From positions 121,378,131 through 121,442,130 of the forward strand of contig NC_068981.1 in NCBI RefSeq assembly GCF_001194135.2: a stretch of 64,000 nucleotides of DNA, read 5' to 3'. Positions 26,128 to 39,440 of this stretch are shown piece by piece. The position numbers were made by a program, and so were the translations under genes. Source of the stretch: Octopus bimaculoides (Eukaryota). Within the stretch, counting starts at the first letter, position 1; each line of letters opens with the position of its first letter. Below the pieces are notes generated by a model. That model searched no databases. It was not told the origin of the DNA and worked only from the letters and a program-made list of their open reading frames with translations.

Positions 26128-26167
26128 TTAAGGGAATTTCATTTCCCCCCAAACTACTAGATATTTA

Positions 26168-26297
26168 GTTCTTTACTGCCCACAGGGGGCTAAACATAGA
26201 GGGGACAAACAAAGAGATTAAGTCGATTACATCAACCTCAGTGCGTAACTGGTACTTATTTAATCGACCCCGAAAGGATAAAAAGCAAAGTCGACCT
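26168..26297 (-). mobile_element. 5'-truncated SINE family B with alternative 3' tail
   Basis: actggtacttatttaatcgaccccgaaaggat...aaagtcgacct core; tail ctgcccacagggggctaaacatagagggg differs from other B copies. Confidence 0.8.
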
Positions 26298-26757
26298 TAT
26301 ATATATATATGTATATATATATATAATAGCAAGTTTGAAGACATGTACATCCACAAAATATATTTTATAATTATATACAACATATTATAATGACCTACAC
26401 GTATTTCTGGTGCAGCAACTACTCTGTTGATAATGCAACCTTGCAATATTGTCCGTGTAACTTCATCACGGAAACACGTGTAGGTCATAATATACTGTAT
26501 ATAACCATAAAATAAATTATGTGAATGTACAAGTCCCCATAATCTTTATTATCATTAATATTAACACATACTCCAGACAATTTTTACCGTCTAGTGACGA
26601 ATATATATATTGCTCATCGGAAGAATTCACAGAGTGACTAATAACAAAATGTAGACACAGACGTTGGATATTAATCTTTGCGGTTAATCGTTAACTGCAG
26701 CTAAACTGAGAGCTAATACGGTATCCACCCGGACAATCCCTCCCTCGAAACTCACTG

Positions 26758-26772
26758 TTATACACACACACA

Positions 26773-26845
<73 letters not shown>
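26758..26845. repeat. (CA)n microsatellite
   Basis: Directly visible. Confidence 0.95.
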
Positions 26846-26853
<8 letters not shown>

Positions 26854-29332
26854 GTATATCAGGCAGGCACTTTCTTGATACAAGTATTTCTAATTTCTTT
26901 AACGGTTTCTACAACAATATAGAGTATAACAGAAACGGTATACTCTACTTATGAAAGAATGGAATTTATTACTGTGTGATCGCTCTTAGTTTCCGCATTG
27001 GCAATGCCATATATATTTAGTTATATGTGTGCGTGCGTGTATATGTTATATACAAATGCTTGAGTACACCCATATAAATTTTTCCTTCATGGTATTATCT
27101 TGCACCTAGCTGTTTATGTTAATTTTTAGTATACGCATTAGCATTTCGCTAATCAGCCATAAATGTTTATGGTAAAAAAAAAAATATATATATATATATA
27201 TTGGCAGACGGAATTAGACAAACTATCGACCGTTTGAATAGTCACTAGTGGCGGGGCCTGCAAAATAGGTGAAACTAGGCCTAGTCTAGTGATTCTAGAG
27301 ACGGTCACGCGGCAATTGCATCCCCTGTCGTTGTATATAAATTGCACTCTTCTCAGAGCATTAAGAGTTCCTAACTCTTATTTCTTACAATGTAGGTGCT
27401 TCGTTACAGTGACGATTAAATGTTTCCTTTATGATATTACATTGTGATATAGTTTTGATTTTTTGAGACTTATATGTCGTCAATAAGATGTTAATATATA
27501 TGTTTTTTTATTCGTACTCGTCGTCTCAGTATTCATGTTAGCATTGTGCTGTGCTATTCAACCTTTAACCGTATATAGAGACATTCTCTGTAGATGCGTT
27601 GTTTTCACATATAAACATGCAAAGGATGTAAACTAATTACAAGCGAAAATATAAAGCTAGCAGGGTGAATCTAATCTGATAATGACTATAAATCTAATGG
27701 TAATAAATTCAAATTTGAACAGTAGTACCAGTATCAATAGCGTTAACTATGCACACTATAAAGCGTTAGCTATACGCTCCATGATCAGTTCCACAAAATA
27801 ACGAAATGGGGAATGTCTAAAAATAACGACGTTACATTGGAGAATTTTATTGTTCTTAATATCAATGTAAAAAAAAACATCGAAAATAGGGATTGAGCAT
27901 TGTTATAAGATGAACGTATGTGCAAATTCTCAAGGACCTTGAAGGATGTCGGTTCAACCAAAACCTACAATTTCATACACAAGGCTTTATTGACTCAAAC
28001 TTATGGTAGAAGATGGTTGTTCATTGAGATGCGTAGTGGAATTGATTTCCGAGCCACGGAATCGTGAAGGAATTTTCTTAACAAATCGGCCATATATTTA
28101 CTACAAACATTAGTACACGTTCACACATAGAAATTATATTAAAAATAACCAATGAATTCTCAATACGATCTGAAACTTCAATTAAATATATTAAAAACTA
28201 AGACATTTTGTGAAATATTTGGAAACAAAGGGGAATTATTATTAACTCAGCCTCCCACCGGGAGGATTATATTTAACACAGATGGTCATGTTTTTAACCT
28301 TATATATCACAAAGATAAGTAATTAATACATGTTCGCCTGGTACAGAGATAAATGAGACTGTTTCAATGAAATGAATAAATAGGATTAAATTTCTAATGC
28401 AATATCCAAAGCGAATACCTAAAAATATCCAATTAGTTATATTTTCAACAACTTGATAATGTTATAGAATATGAATTTTTTAAATGTTAGATATCAAGAA
28501 TTTGTAAACCTTTGGCATTGGCTCTTTCAGAATGAGCAGCACATCGTCGCCAGAAAAGGTCAATGAAGTTAAAATATGAAAAATACAATCTTACGTACTA
28601 CCATCGATTTGATTATGTAAGAAGAACTATACCAATAACCGAGAAATATTAATGGTTTACGACGAAGATCCGTTGCTTTTAATAAAATAGTTTTATTGAG
28701 CAAAATATACTGCGGTAACTTTCCAAGCTGAACCACTTGTGAATGAATCATAAATATAGAATCGCATTAGTCTTTTTAACACTGAAATTCTCTACTAAAA
28801 GAATTGCTTATATTTTATGTATAATTTTAAAGTACAGCACTTGCAATCTACATGTTATTTAGTTAACACAAAAGTTGGCAATATTCGATTTGTGTTAAAT
28901 TCGAAAGTTTTGCAGCATATGGATACTTTATTCGTAACTATTTAAGCAACATATTTTCCTTACAACTCATTTGCCTATTCATTTTACCATTCAACATATC
29001 TTTTCTCCAAACAATAATTTATGTAATTTATGAATTTGTCACACATAGTTTTTATACGAAAGCTAAATCACTGCCCCACGTATAATTCACAACAATATAC
29101 CAGAGGGGCTTTCAACCGCAATATATTTATGCACACACACTCATCCATCCATCCATCCATCCATCCATCCGCCCATACATACATTGAGTCCAAATATTGC
29201 ACATATACGCACATACATGCAAAAATAGCCCGTTGCTATTGAAATTCCAATGAAGGAGCCGTGGATCTAGGTTAGAAATCGGCTCTTCCTTTATTGCCAA
29301 GAAATATTGAAATAAAACAGAATGTCATAGCG

Positions 29333-29394
<62 letters not shown>

Positions 29395-29413
29395 CATATA
29401 TATATATGTATCG

Positions 29414-29787
29414 TTTTACTTGTTTCAGTCATTTGACTGCCGCCATGTGGGAGTACCGCCTTTAGTCGAAGAAATCGACCCCAGGAATTAGTCTTTGTAA
29501 GCTTAGTAGTAATTCTATCATCTCTTTTGCCGAACTGTTAAGTTAGAGGACAAAACACACCAGCATCAGTTGTTAAGTGATGGTGGTTGAATAAAGACAG
29601 ACGCACGAATAAACACACACACACACATATATATATACATACATACGAAAGGTTTCTTTTGGTCTCCGTCTACCAAATCCACTCACAAGGCTTTGCTCGG
29701 CCCGAGGCTATAGTAGAAGACACTTGCCCAATGTGCCACATGGTTGCGAAGGAAGATTCTTATTCCATACTCACTCCTGTGCCTATA
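29414..29787 (-). mobile_element. SINE family A, near full length
   Basis: Reverse complement of 46223-46617 including ttgtttcagtcatttgactg tail region and cactcctgtgcc head. Confidence 0.9.
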
Positions 29788-29789
29788 TA

Positions 29790-30040
29790 GATTCAGCGTG
29801 ACACAAAGTGTGACAAGGCGGCCCCTTAGAAATACAGGCACAACAGAACCAGGAAGAAAAAGTGAGAGAAAGTTGTGCTGAAAGAGTACAGCAGGGTTCA
29901 TCCCCGCCCCAGTTGCCGGAGATTCGTGGAGCTTTGGGTATTTTCGTTCAATAAACACTCATTTCGCCTTTTCTGGGAATCGAAACCGCGATCCTACGAC
30001 CGCGAGTCCGCTGCCCTAACCACTGGGCTATTCCGCCTCC
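29790..30040 (-). mobile_element. tRNA-derived SINE, family C variant
   Basis: Minus strand ggaggcggaatagcccagtggttagggcagcggac...ggtttcgattccc head; 3' ccttgtcacactttgtgtcacgctgaatc shared with 5601-5872. Confidence 0.85.
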
Positions 30041-30789
30041 ACACACCAACTACCATCCATATATTTTTTAGATGAGCGTGTAGTCTTCTCGGCAGTCACG
30101 CTATTTTTCTATGCACAGTGAATTGTAATTCCAGATCGAAATCATTGAGCATTAATCAACTTACTTTAAAGACCTTCTGCTGTTCAGCTCTCTCGAGAGT
30201 TTCTTACCATTGAAACATGGCTAGACAATTGACGTCCGGAAACAGGGTGGAAGACGTCCGGAAAATTTTGGATGATGTTGTATAGTGAAACTGTACACCC
30301 CTTCCGGTGAAAAGTGGTAGTAGCCAGTCATTATAAATAAACCAGTAGCTGGTCGACAGGAAGAAGGTCAAGAAGGTCGAGAATACGTGTAGTCTGTGTT
30401 GATACTCGTATCTATGCTGATATATTAATTATAGTGTGATACTGAGTGGATGTTATAACCATCCAAACTTCGAGGATAATAACACTGTACGACCGGGTGT
30501 CGTACAATGCCAGATAGAATCATTGTATCGACGACTTCAGAATATAACAATATTTGTCAGAGTGACGACCGTCGTCAAAAGACAAATACAACAGTATTAA
30601 AGATCACTTTATAACAAATGACAAAAGGAAAGACTAGATACACTTGTACTAAGTACTACCTCCCTGCTTTGACGCTATTATTTTAAGGCTACAAATTCCG
30701 GCAATAAATGATGATTCCAGGATTCACCGAAAGTGGGGAGAGAATGATAAATCCAGTGGTAAAATAGTCCTTATGACTTAGGAATCTTC

Positions 30790-32725
30790 TTCAGACTACG
30801 AGCATAGAGCAAACGGAATTCCCACGTGTATGTGGAAGGAGATTTTCCACTGTGCTCAGTATGAAGATGCACGGCTCGAAAAAGGGATGTGCAAGGAGTC
30901 TTTTGAATGAACAACACTGCATTGCTCCAGTATATAAGACATCGGAAAACCAAGGCCAGGAGTCAAACTATAGTGCCAAAAACATCCACGCTATTGATCA
31001 GAGAAGAAATTTGTACAGGTTCTAGAGGCCAAATGCTGTACGTTCAACTTTCCGCCGAAAAGTGTGAAAGAAGAATGTGAGTCATCGGAAGGAAAATAGT
31101 CCAGAAACTGAATATGAGCATCGGGTAGAGAACTCTGGCGCATAAGCTAGCCACATTAAGCTACATTATTTATACAATATGCAGAGGCGACTGTGGAATA
31201 AGAGTGGCAGAAGTGAAATCGCCTCCCCAGAAATTCAGATGTTATTGAGAGGTGGATAACATCTGGAGGAAGAACAGGGATCTGAAGAAACAGATGAAAG
31301 TTACCTCAGCATTTATGAAACAGGGATTAGAAAAGCTCTGAAGAAACCTCAAAGGGAGATCTGTGCAAGTCAGAAGCTGCAAGGAAGTAGAAGCATAGGC
31401 GAATAGATGCAGGATTCCTTCATTAGAGAATGCCTCTAATTCACCAGGAAACTATTCGAGCAGCTAAAATCTGTTACACTCACAATAGACAAAGAAGCTC
31501 ATGAGCCACATCTTAAGGAAACCTATTCAGACTGACAGAATGCAACGTCACTTGCAATCCAGGGTATGGTGTGTATTGCTCTGCTAGGGGAATCGTTCGA
31601 TGACAGGACACCAACACTGGGCGAAGTAAAGAAAGTGATCACGAAAGCCAAAGCCAAATCAATACCAAGGCTAAACGGAATGCCTTAAATACTGTCTTAG
31701 TGTCTTTGAAGGGGTCCACAAATTGATAAGGTCATCATGGAAGAACTTGAGAATTAGCAACCAGAAGATGAGAGCCTAAGGAGTATACATTCCAAAAGTG
31801 CAGAACTAAAGCGACATCAGCCGATTTAAACCAATATTGCTTCTGAACGTTAAAGGAAAAAATCTTCTGTTTTAGCAGTAAGGCCAACTAAATATCTAAT
31901 ATAGAATAAGCAGTTGAATATGTCAGTTCAGAAGGAAGGGGGCATCGCAATGTACTGTGCATGTTCCCCCATACTGTTTGTTTTGGAGTGGGCAGGGAAT
32001 GGATCACATTCTAAGCTCCTGCAGAGTTGCTCTAGCCCAAAGAAGATACACGTGGAGACCTAATCAAGTGCTTGAGGCCAGGAACTGCCATTCCACACAA
32101 GGCATGGGAATGGAATGTTCTGGGTGGTGCGAATGATTGTAATGCTCCGCAGATCTCCCAGGATCAATGAAACAATCAGAAATCATCAGGGAAAGTAGAT
32201 TGAGGCCGGATATCATACTCCGTTCCAGTTCACCAAAGCATTTTGATTGGACTCAATAGAAGCACGTATTCAAGACCAAAAAATAAGTCGGTCTGTCTAA
32301 CAGCCTAGGTCAATATTTTCGCCTCAGAGCTTTTGTGACCAAATCTGCTTCCGATCTATCGAAACAACGCTCACTCTATGAGAAGAACAGAACCAAAGCC
32401 CTAAAGGCAAAATCAGAAAGAGAGGAGAGTTGTTCCAGCCAAATTTCTTTGAGAAGCAAACACGACCTCTATAGCATTGGGAGGCAATATTTTTGAGTTT
32501 TGACGCTAAGGGACTTAACTCTGTGTGGATCATTGTGAAAACGTCATTTCACCGCTGGCATGACAACCAACATTATTTCTTCTTTATAAGTTTGAAAGGA
32601 GAGGAATTACAAGTAGATGAAATCTCTAGGTGGTTCAAATGTACAAGTTTCCGATATACAAATGGCTAAAAATTGTCCGGAGAAGGACACCCAGGCGTGA
32701 TCGCCTAGATGCGATTTGGCCCCCT
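30790..32725 (+). mobile_element. Decayed HERO-like (NeSL/R2 group) REL non-LTR retrotransposon with large internal deletion
   Basis: RVCGRRFSTVLSMKMH zinc-finger remnant (~30824), SENQGQESNYSAKNIH, PTLGEVKKVITKAKAKS, GVYIPK...RFKPILLLNVKGK (31780-31860), SVQK.GG, REL motif RPDII at 32203. Confidence 0.75.
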
Positions 32726-32727
32726 TA

Positions 32728-32771
<44 letters not shown>

Positions 32772-33415
32772 NNNNNNNNNNNNNNNNNNNNNNNNNNNNN
32801 NNNNNNNNNNNNNNNNNNNNNNNNNNNNNNNNNNNNNNNNNNNNNNNNNNNNNNNNNNNNNNNNNNNNNNNNNNNNNNNNNNNNNNNNNNNNNNNNNNNN
32901 NNNNNNNNNNNNNNNNNNNNNNNNNNNNNNNNNNNNNNNNNNNNNNNNNNNNNNNNNNNNNNNNNNNNNNNNNNNNNNNNNNNNNNNNNNNNNNNNNNNN
33001 NNNNNNNNNNNNNNNNNNNNNNNNNNNNNNNNNNNNNNNNNNNNNNNNNNNNNNNNNNNNNNNNNNNNNNNNNNNNNNNNNNNNNNNNNNNNNNNNNNNN
33101 NNNNNNNNNNNNNNNNNNNNNNNNNNNNNNNNNNNNNNNNNNNNNNNNNNNNNNNNNNNNNNNNNNNNNNNNNNNNNNNNNNNNNNNNNNNNNNNNNNNN
33201 NNNNNNNNNNNNNNNNNNNNNNNNNNNNNNNNNNNNNNNNNNNNNNNNNNNNNNNNNNNNNNNNNNNNNNNNNNNNNNNNNNNNNNNNNNNNNNNNNNNN
33301 NNNNNNNNNNNNNNNNNNNNNNNNNNNNNNNNNNNNNNNNNNNNNNNNNNNNNNNNNNNNNNNNNNNNNNNNNNNNNNNNNNNNNNNNNNNNNNNNNNNN
33401 NNNNNNNNNNNNNNN

Positions 33416-33465
<50 letters not shown>

Positions 33466-33925
33466 TATCAGCTACTATGTCGGCGAAAAATTCTCAATTT
33501 GCATGATAAAAAAAATCCCACTTCTGTTGTGTTTGAGAAAAACTAAACTATGAAGCATTTAGGAAAATTCATCTGCGATTTGTTGAACATGTAGCGTGCA
33601 TCATCGACGCCACAATGTCTCACCAGATTTTCTTTGGCGAACTCCCAGATGGCACTCGGACAACTGGTCAGACGAACGAGGAGATGCAGAATTACCTTGA
33701 AAAAGTGTAACTTAAAGCAGTCTATTAGGAATGTTTTGGTGAAAATCACTCATTGTGAACTAGAGTTATGTAGCTTGGAGGGCAGCAAACAGAATGAGAA
33801 ATGATTAGAGAAGCAATACGGAGGAGGGTTGCATGGAAAGTAGTCCTGATTCTGCTATTACGTGCTGTCACTCTAGTCGTGGATTTTATGCCAATACTGG
33901 CCTATTAAGCAACCTCAGGACCCCA
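33466..33925 (+). mobile_element. RTE (BovB-like) LINE 3' fragment
   Basis: EHVA...HQIFFGELPDGTRTTG and terminal CCHSSRGFYANTGLLSNLRT, matching the RTE C-terminal pattern. Confidence 0.7.
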
Positions 33926-34439
33926 ATCACATCCACTTCATGGCAATCACATCCACACACATATATGTCTGTATGTATAAATATATATATATTTGTGTGT
34001 GTGTGTGTGTTTATATGTATATATATATATATANNNNNNNNNNNNNNNNNNNNNNNNNNNNNNNNNNNNNNNNNNNNNNNNNNNNNNNNNNNNNNNNNNN
34101 NNNNNNNNNNNNNNNNNNNNNNNNATATATGCATAAAACATACATTTTATATGCATCTGTGCGTGAGTTAATGATGTGGTCTATGTGTTCTTCATCTCAA
34201 ATATGTTCTACCTGATTATAGCTTTATATGCATTGTGTAAACCTTTCTACACAGAATGTAGTCAACTGGAAATCTCTCAGTGCTAATTTGTACCCTACGG
34301 GAAACAATTTACATTGGTTTAAATTGAATATCGAATTTACCTCAATGACCACACTTTTATAAGGAAAGATCACATATGAAAATGTAGTCCTTGTAATCTC
34401 CATTCTCAAGTATATATGTAGAGCATAACTGTTTTCAGG

Positions 34440-34497
34440 GATGGAGCCTCCATGTGGCTGAGAAGCAAGCTTCTTACCACACAGCCACTCCTGCGTC
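34440..34497 (-). mobile_element. SINE family A head fragment
   Basis: aagcttcttaccacacagccactcctgcgtc. Confidence 0.75.
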
Positions 34498-34532
<35 letters not shown>

Positions 34533-34534
<2 letters not shown>

Positions 34535-34700
34535 TTTATCAGCTAATATGTTGGCGAAAAGTGTCGCTTTCTTTGGACGTATTTATAGAGAAACCACTTT
34601 TCATCACTTGCGATGGTTCCATTCATGTAGTAAGTCTACTCTTTAACCACAAGCAGAGGATGATTCTTACTTAAGCTAAGAAGCAGTGTGATGACGAGGG
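34533..34700 (+). mobile_element. Second RTE-like fragment starting at the same position as 33466
   Basis: atcagcta.tatgt.ggcgaaaa shared; HHLRWF motif. Confidence 0.45.
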
Positions 34701-37700
34701 ACCCGCTGACCAAGTTTGGACACATTTCTCTGTTCATGAATGTGTTTACAACCGAAATTGTGATTTGAATTTAACCATTTTGCAAATACTCGAGCATGTT
34801 GTTTTGGATTTTTCAGAATCTCATTATGGACAGAACTTGGTACTCCAGATCATGAGGAATCTAAGAGGAAATAATTCTGAGCGAAGTTGCGCGAACCGTT
34901 GTTGGCATGTCCAAACACTTAGAGCTTCGTTTTCTTAGACAGAACGGATATTCCTTGTCACTTCCATTAAAGAACCCTTTTCGCATTCATACAGTATGCA
35001 TTGTTTGATATAAGTCTGATCCGAATTTATTTTACAAGTGTAAAATCGATAGCAATTTAACCATTATGGTATAAAGTAACCTGCATGACAAAGAAAAATA
35101 AAGATTAGAATATAAAACTTAATGCTTATTTTACCGTAAATATTGCAAAAGTACTCTCAAAGTGATGATGTCAATAATGTGACGTGACTTTCTTTCCAAC
35201 TTGATGCATTGAAACATATAGTTGGGCAATATTCGCTCTATTAGTTGTCATTGAATGAAGAATCTATAAAATTTTATATGCTTACGACCGATAGCGGAGC
35301 AGTGATTCGTGAGCAGGGAAGAGAAAAAGTGAACAGAGACGGTATATCATAGATGCGAGTGAAGTAACTGAAAGGAAGATTAAATAGCATATCTTTAGCA
35401 ACTAGTAAATAAAAACTGTTACATAGTTGAAGTAGTTAGAGCTGTACTCCCTTAGGTGTAGTGGCTACATGGATAACAGGAGTAAAATGAAATGTACTAC
35501 AGTTTGAGCCTGAAGAGTTCGGGTATTCTCTGAGAGAGCCAATGATCAGTGATAATGATGGAGAGTACCAAAATCGTCCAGGTTATGATGTAAACAAGTT
35601 AATAAATATGTATTTAAAAATAGATATTTATATACACAGGAAAATATCTGAATTCTATAACGTGTTCAGCTAAGCGACTGAACGTAATAAAACACGATAT
35701 CAATGCAGATGACATTATCTGACATTCAGTAAAATTTTTAAAATCACAACTTGATATTTTTCATGTTGAATGTTATGAGCTAATTTTTATCAATCGACTT
35801 AAAACTATGCATTAAATATATTTAATGATTAGGTTGTGTGATGAGATTACGTAACCTTTATGACAGACAGATGCGGTTCGATGACGAAGTTGCATTGTAT
35901 TTGTTGGCTTGCTATATGTTTCGAATTCGAATCCGACAAATAATGAATTTTTCTTTTTATCTTTCCCAGATCAAGAAATAAGAACCAGTTATAGCCTTAC
36001 CTCGATATAACCAGCAATACCCTTTCCCCCAGCAATTATGTGGTATTTTTATAACGTTATGTTTGTTGATTTTTAGCGTGCTGTAATCACAGGTCAAATC
36101 AACCCATGAGGAAAGAACATACCATTTTCTCTCTTTATATATTGAGATTAACCTTGTTCACCTACATCTTTCATCTTACTTCAGACAGCTGTACGTGATT
36201 TGAAGGATACTTGGCTTATGTTAATTTCAGAGTGATCGACAATACATATGTTTCTTCGATAAATCGATATTTTAAATGTTTTTTAGGCAGAGTATGGAGG
36301 CCAAGCTGCAGATGTAATCTGCACCATATCTGGCTTTATTTTTTAACAGGAATTTTTGTAAGCTAACTAAATGAAATGCGGAAAGATTTGTTAAAAAAAT
36401 CGAAACTATTTAACAAATATCCAGTTTATAGTTTGTTTTCTGTTGAGGTCATAAAGGGTTTTAAGATTAAGAAAATATCGTAAATAAAAGGTGAATACTA
36501 TAAAAAAAGGAAGACACTGATGATTGTATTTAATGTATACACATTTGTTAACCGACACAACAAAAAGAATGAAATCGCTATGTTAAATCAAGGAATGGTA
36601 TGTAACATCTCAGTTAACGTCGTTTGTACTTCAGTTATTATGTAAAATAATCACTTATACCAAAACATCACAATTTTTGAGAACGGTGTTAAAATGAATT
36701 ACATTATATTATCTATACTTATTTTATTTGCCAACAAGAACAAATAGGTCTTTAAACGTAAGTGACGATTTTCCTCGTACAGATTTAGAAATTTGTCCAA
36801 AATTGGAAACCTTACATAAGTAGATTATATGACATATAGGTAACACAATAACTGGAGTGATATTGTCAAATGTTAATGTTTTGAAAGGTATTAAGCTAAG
36901 TATAATCATGTATATATATATGTATNNNNNNNNNNNNNNNNNNNNNNNNNNNNNNNNNNNNNNNNNNNNNNNNNNNNNNNNNNNNNNNNNNNNNNNNNNN
37001 NNNNNNNNNNNNNNNNNNNNNNNNNNNNNNNNNNNNNNNNNNNNNNNNNNNNNNNNNNNNNNNNNNNNNNNNNNNNNNNNNNNNNNNNNNNNNNNTATAT
37101 ATATACAGCATTTTGCTAACGTTTATATTTTTACATTTATTGCAGGAATTTTATAAAATTTCATCGAGAATCGAAATCACTTTGAAGAAATTCCTTGCCA
37201 TAACTTTACCTTTCATTCAATAGTAAAAGGATATATAAAAAATCAAAATGATTGCAGCTCAAACAAAGAAACCTGATATTTGCATTTAGTGTTAAAAAAG
37301 GATATTTTATTAGAACTAAGAGATACTGTCCCGTTAAGGAAATATTTTTATACAAACAGTTTTGAAGTAATTGGGTTCTCGTTGATATTAAGTGAACTCA
37401 CATAAAGACTGCTCAGGCTGGTAGAGAAAACATAATTAAAATTCTGAAAATCGATAGATGCCCCAGGAGATATTTGCAAAATCTTCACCTTTTGCGTTGC
37501 ATTGGAGAAAAAGTTTGCAGTGTAGTGTTGTTTATGAGAAGATATATCCAGACATTGCTAAATCAATTTCTTTCTTCACTAGAAATCTTGATTCACCAAT
37601 ATTCAAGAAATATATTCAACTATACGCTCATGTTTAGATCTATATAGACACACACATGCACACACTTATGAACACCCGATATACACCCACTCACATGCAG

Positions 37701-37803
37701 ACACATGTAAAAACAAATAAATAAATACACACGCATATATATGTATATACGCATATACATATTAATATACATAAACATGCACCCGCGTCAAACATTGTAC
37801 ACG

Positions 37804-37852
<49 letters not shown>

Positions 37853-38528
37853 NNNNNNNNNNNNNNNNNNNNNNNNNNNNNNNNNNNNNNNNNNNNNNNN
37901 NNNNNNNNNNNNNNNNNNNNNNNNNNNNNNNNNNNNNNNNNNNNNNNNNNNNNNNNNNNNNNNNNNNNNNNNNNNNNNNNNNNNNNNNNNNNNNNNNNNN
38001 NNNNNNNNNNNNNNNNNNNNNNNNNNNNNNNNNNNNNNNNNNNNNNNNNNNNNNNNNNNNNNNNNNNNNNNNNNNNNNNNNNNNNNNNNNNNNNNNNNNN
38101 NNNNNNNNNNNNNNNNNNNNNNNNNNNNNNNNNNNNNNNNNNNNNNNNNNNNNNNNNNNNNNNNNNNNNNNNNNNNNNNNNNNNNNNNNNNNNNNNNNNN
38201 NNNNNNNNNNNNNNNNNNNNNNNNNNNNNNNNNNNNNNNNNNNNNNNNNNNNNNNNNNNNNNNNNNNNNNNNNNNNNNNNNNNNNNNNNNNNNNNNNNNN
38301 NNNNNNNNNNNNNNNNNNNNNNNNNNNNNNNNNNNNNNNNNNNNNNNNNNNNNNNNNNNNNNNNNNNNNNNNNNNNNNNNNNNNNNNNNNNNNNNNNNNN
38401 NNNNNNNNNNNNNNNNNNNNNNNNNNNNNNNNNNNNNNNNNNNNNNNNNNNNNNNNNNNNNNNNNNNNNNNNNNNNNNNNNNNNNNNNNNNNNNNNNNNN
38501 NNNNNNNNNNNNNNNNNNNNNNNNNNNN

Positions 38529-38560
<32 letters not shown>

Positions 38561-39054
38561 CTTGCAAGTATATATATGAGTGTATATGTGTGTGTGGCTG
38601 TTTGTGAGTGTGTAAGTGTAATACATATATATATACGTACATATATTACTGTACACACACAGAGTGACAAATCACACAGACAAACTAACATACGCACAGA
38701 TACTTGTATATGTGTAACTACAGGATTAGCTTGGGGGTAATATCATGAATTTTAAAGTGTGAACGCAGTGGTTGTCTAAGAATTGTTGTGACTGTAAGAT
38801 ATGTGAAGATGAACTTTCTCATTCTCTCTATTACAACCATGCAATACCATTTCATAAATAGAAAATTACATAAGAAACCTAAAATACTCGAAGGTAGAAT
38901 AAAATGAGAAACGTTAATGTTGTCTGAAATTCCTATTTGAAAATACCAAATATCGAACATCCTTCTATTAATATGATTACCTTTTTGTTTCTTCGGCTTA
39001 TATTAGTAGATTACAACTCCATAATCACGAATTGCATCATTATCGTTGTAGCTG

Positions 39055-39211
39055 TTGTCCTCTTATTCTTCTTCCACTTCCTTGCCCTCCTCATCATCGT
39101 TGCTGCCGTCGTCATCGTGTTCAGCACATTTGTTGCCATCGTGGACATCGTCGACGACAGTCCTTCCTCCTCCTCCTCCTCCTCCTCCTCCTCCTCCTCC
39201 TCCTCCTCCTC

Positions 39212-39244
<33 letters not shown>

Positions 39245-39440
39245 TTCGTCGTCGTCGTCGTCGTCTTCATCACCGTCGTCACTGTTGTTGTCCCAGTCGT
39301 CATCGTCATACTCCTCTCTTCCACTTCAAGATCCTCCTTTTCCTTCTCTTCATTCTCGCCCCCCACTATCTTTGCCATCTCCTCCCTCTCCTGCTCCTCC
39401 TTCTCCTGCTCCTCCCTCTCCTGCTCCTTCCTCTCCTGCA
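39055..39440. repeat. Trinucleotide low-complexity tract, (TCC)n then (TCG)n
   Basis: Directly visible. Confidence 0.95.
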
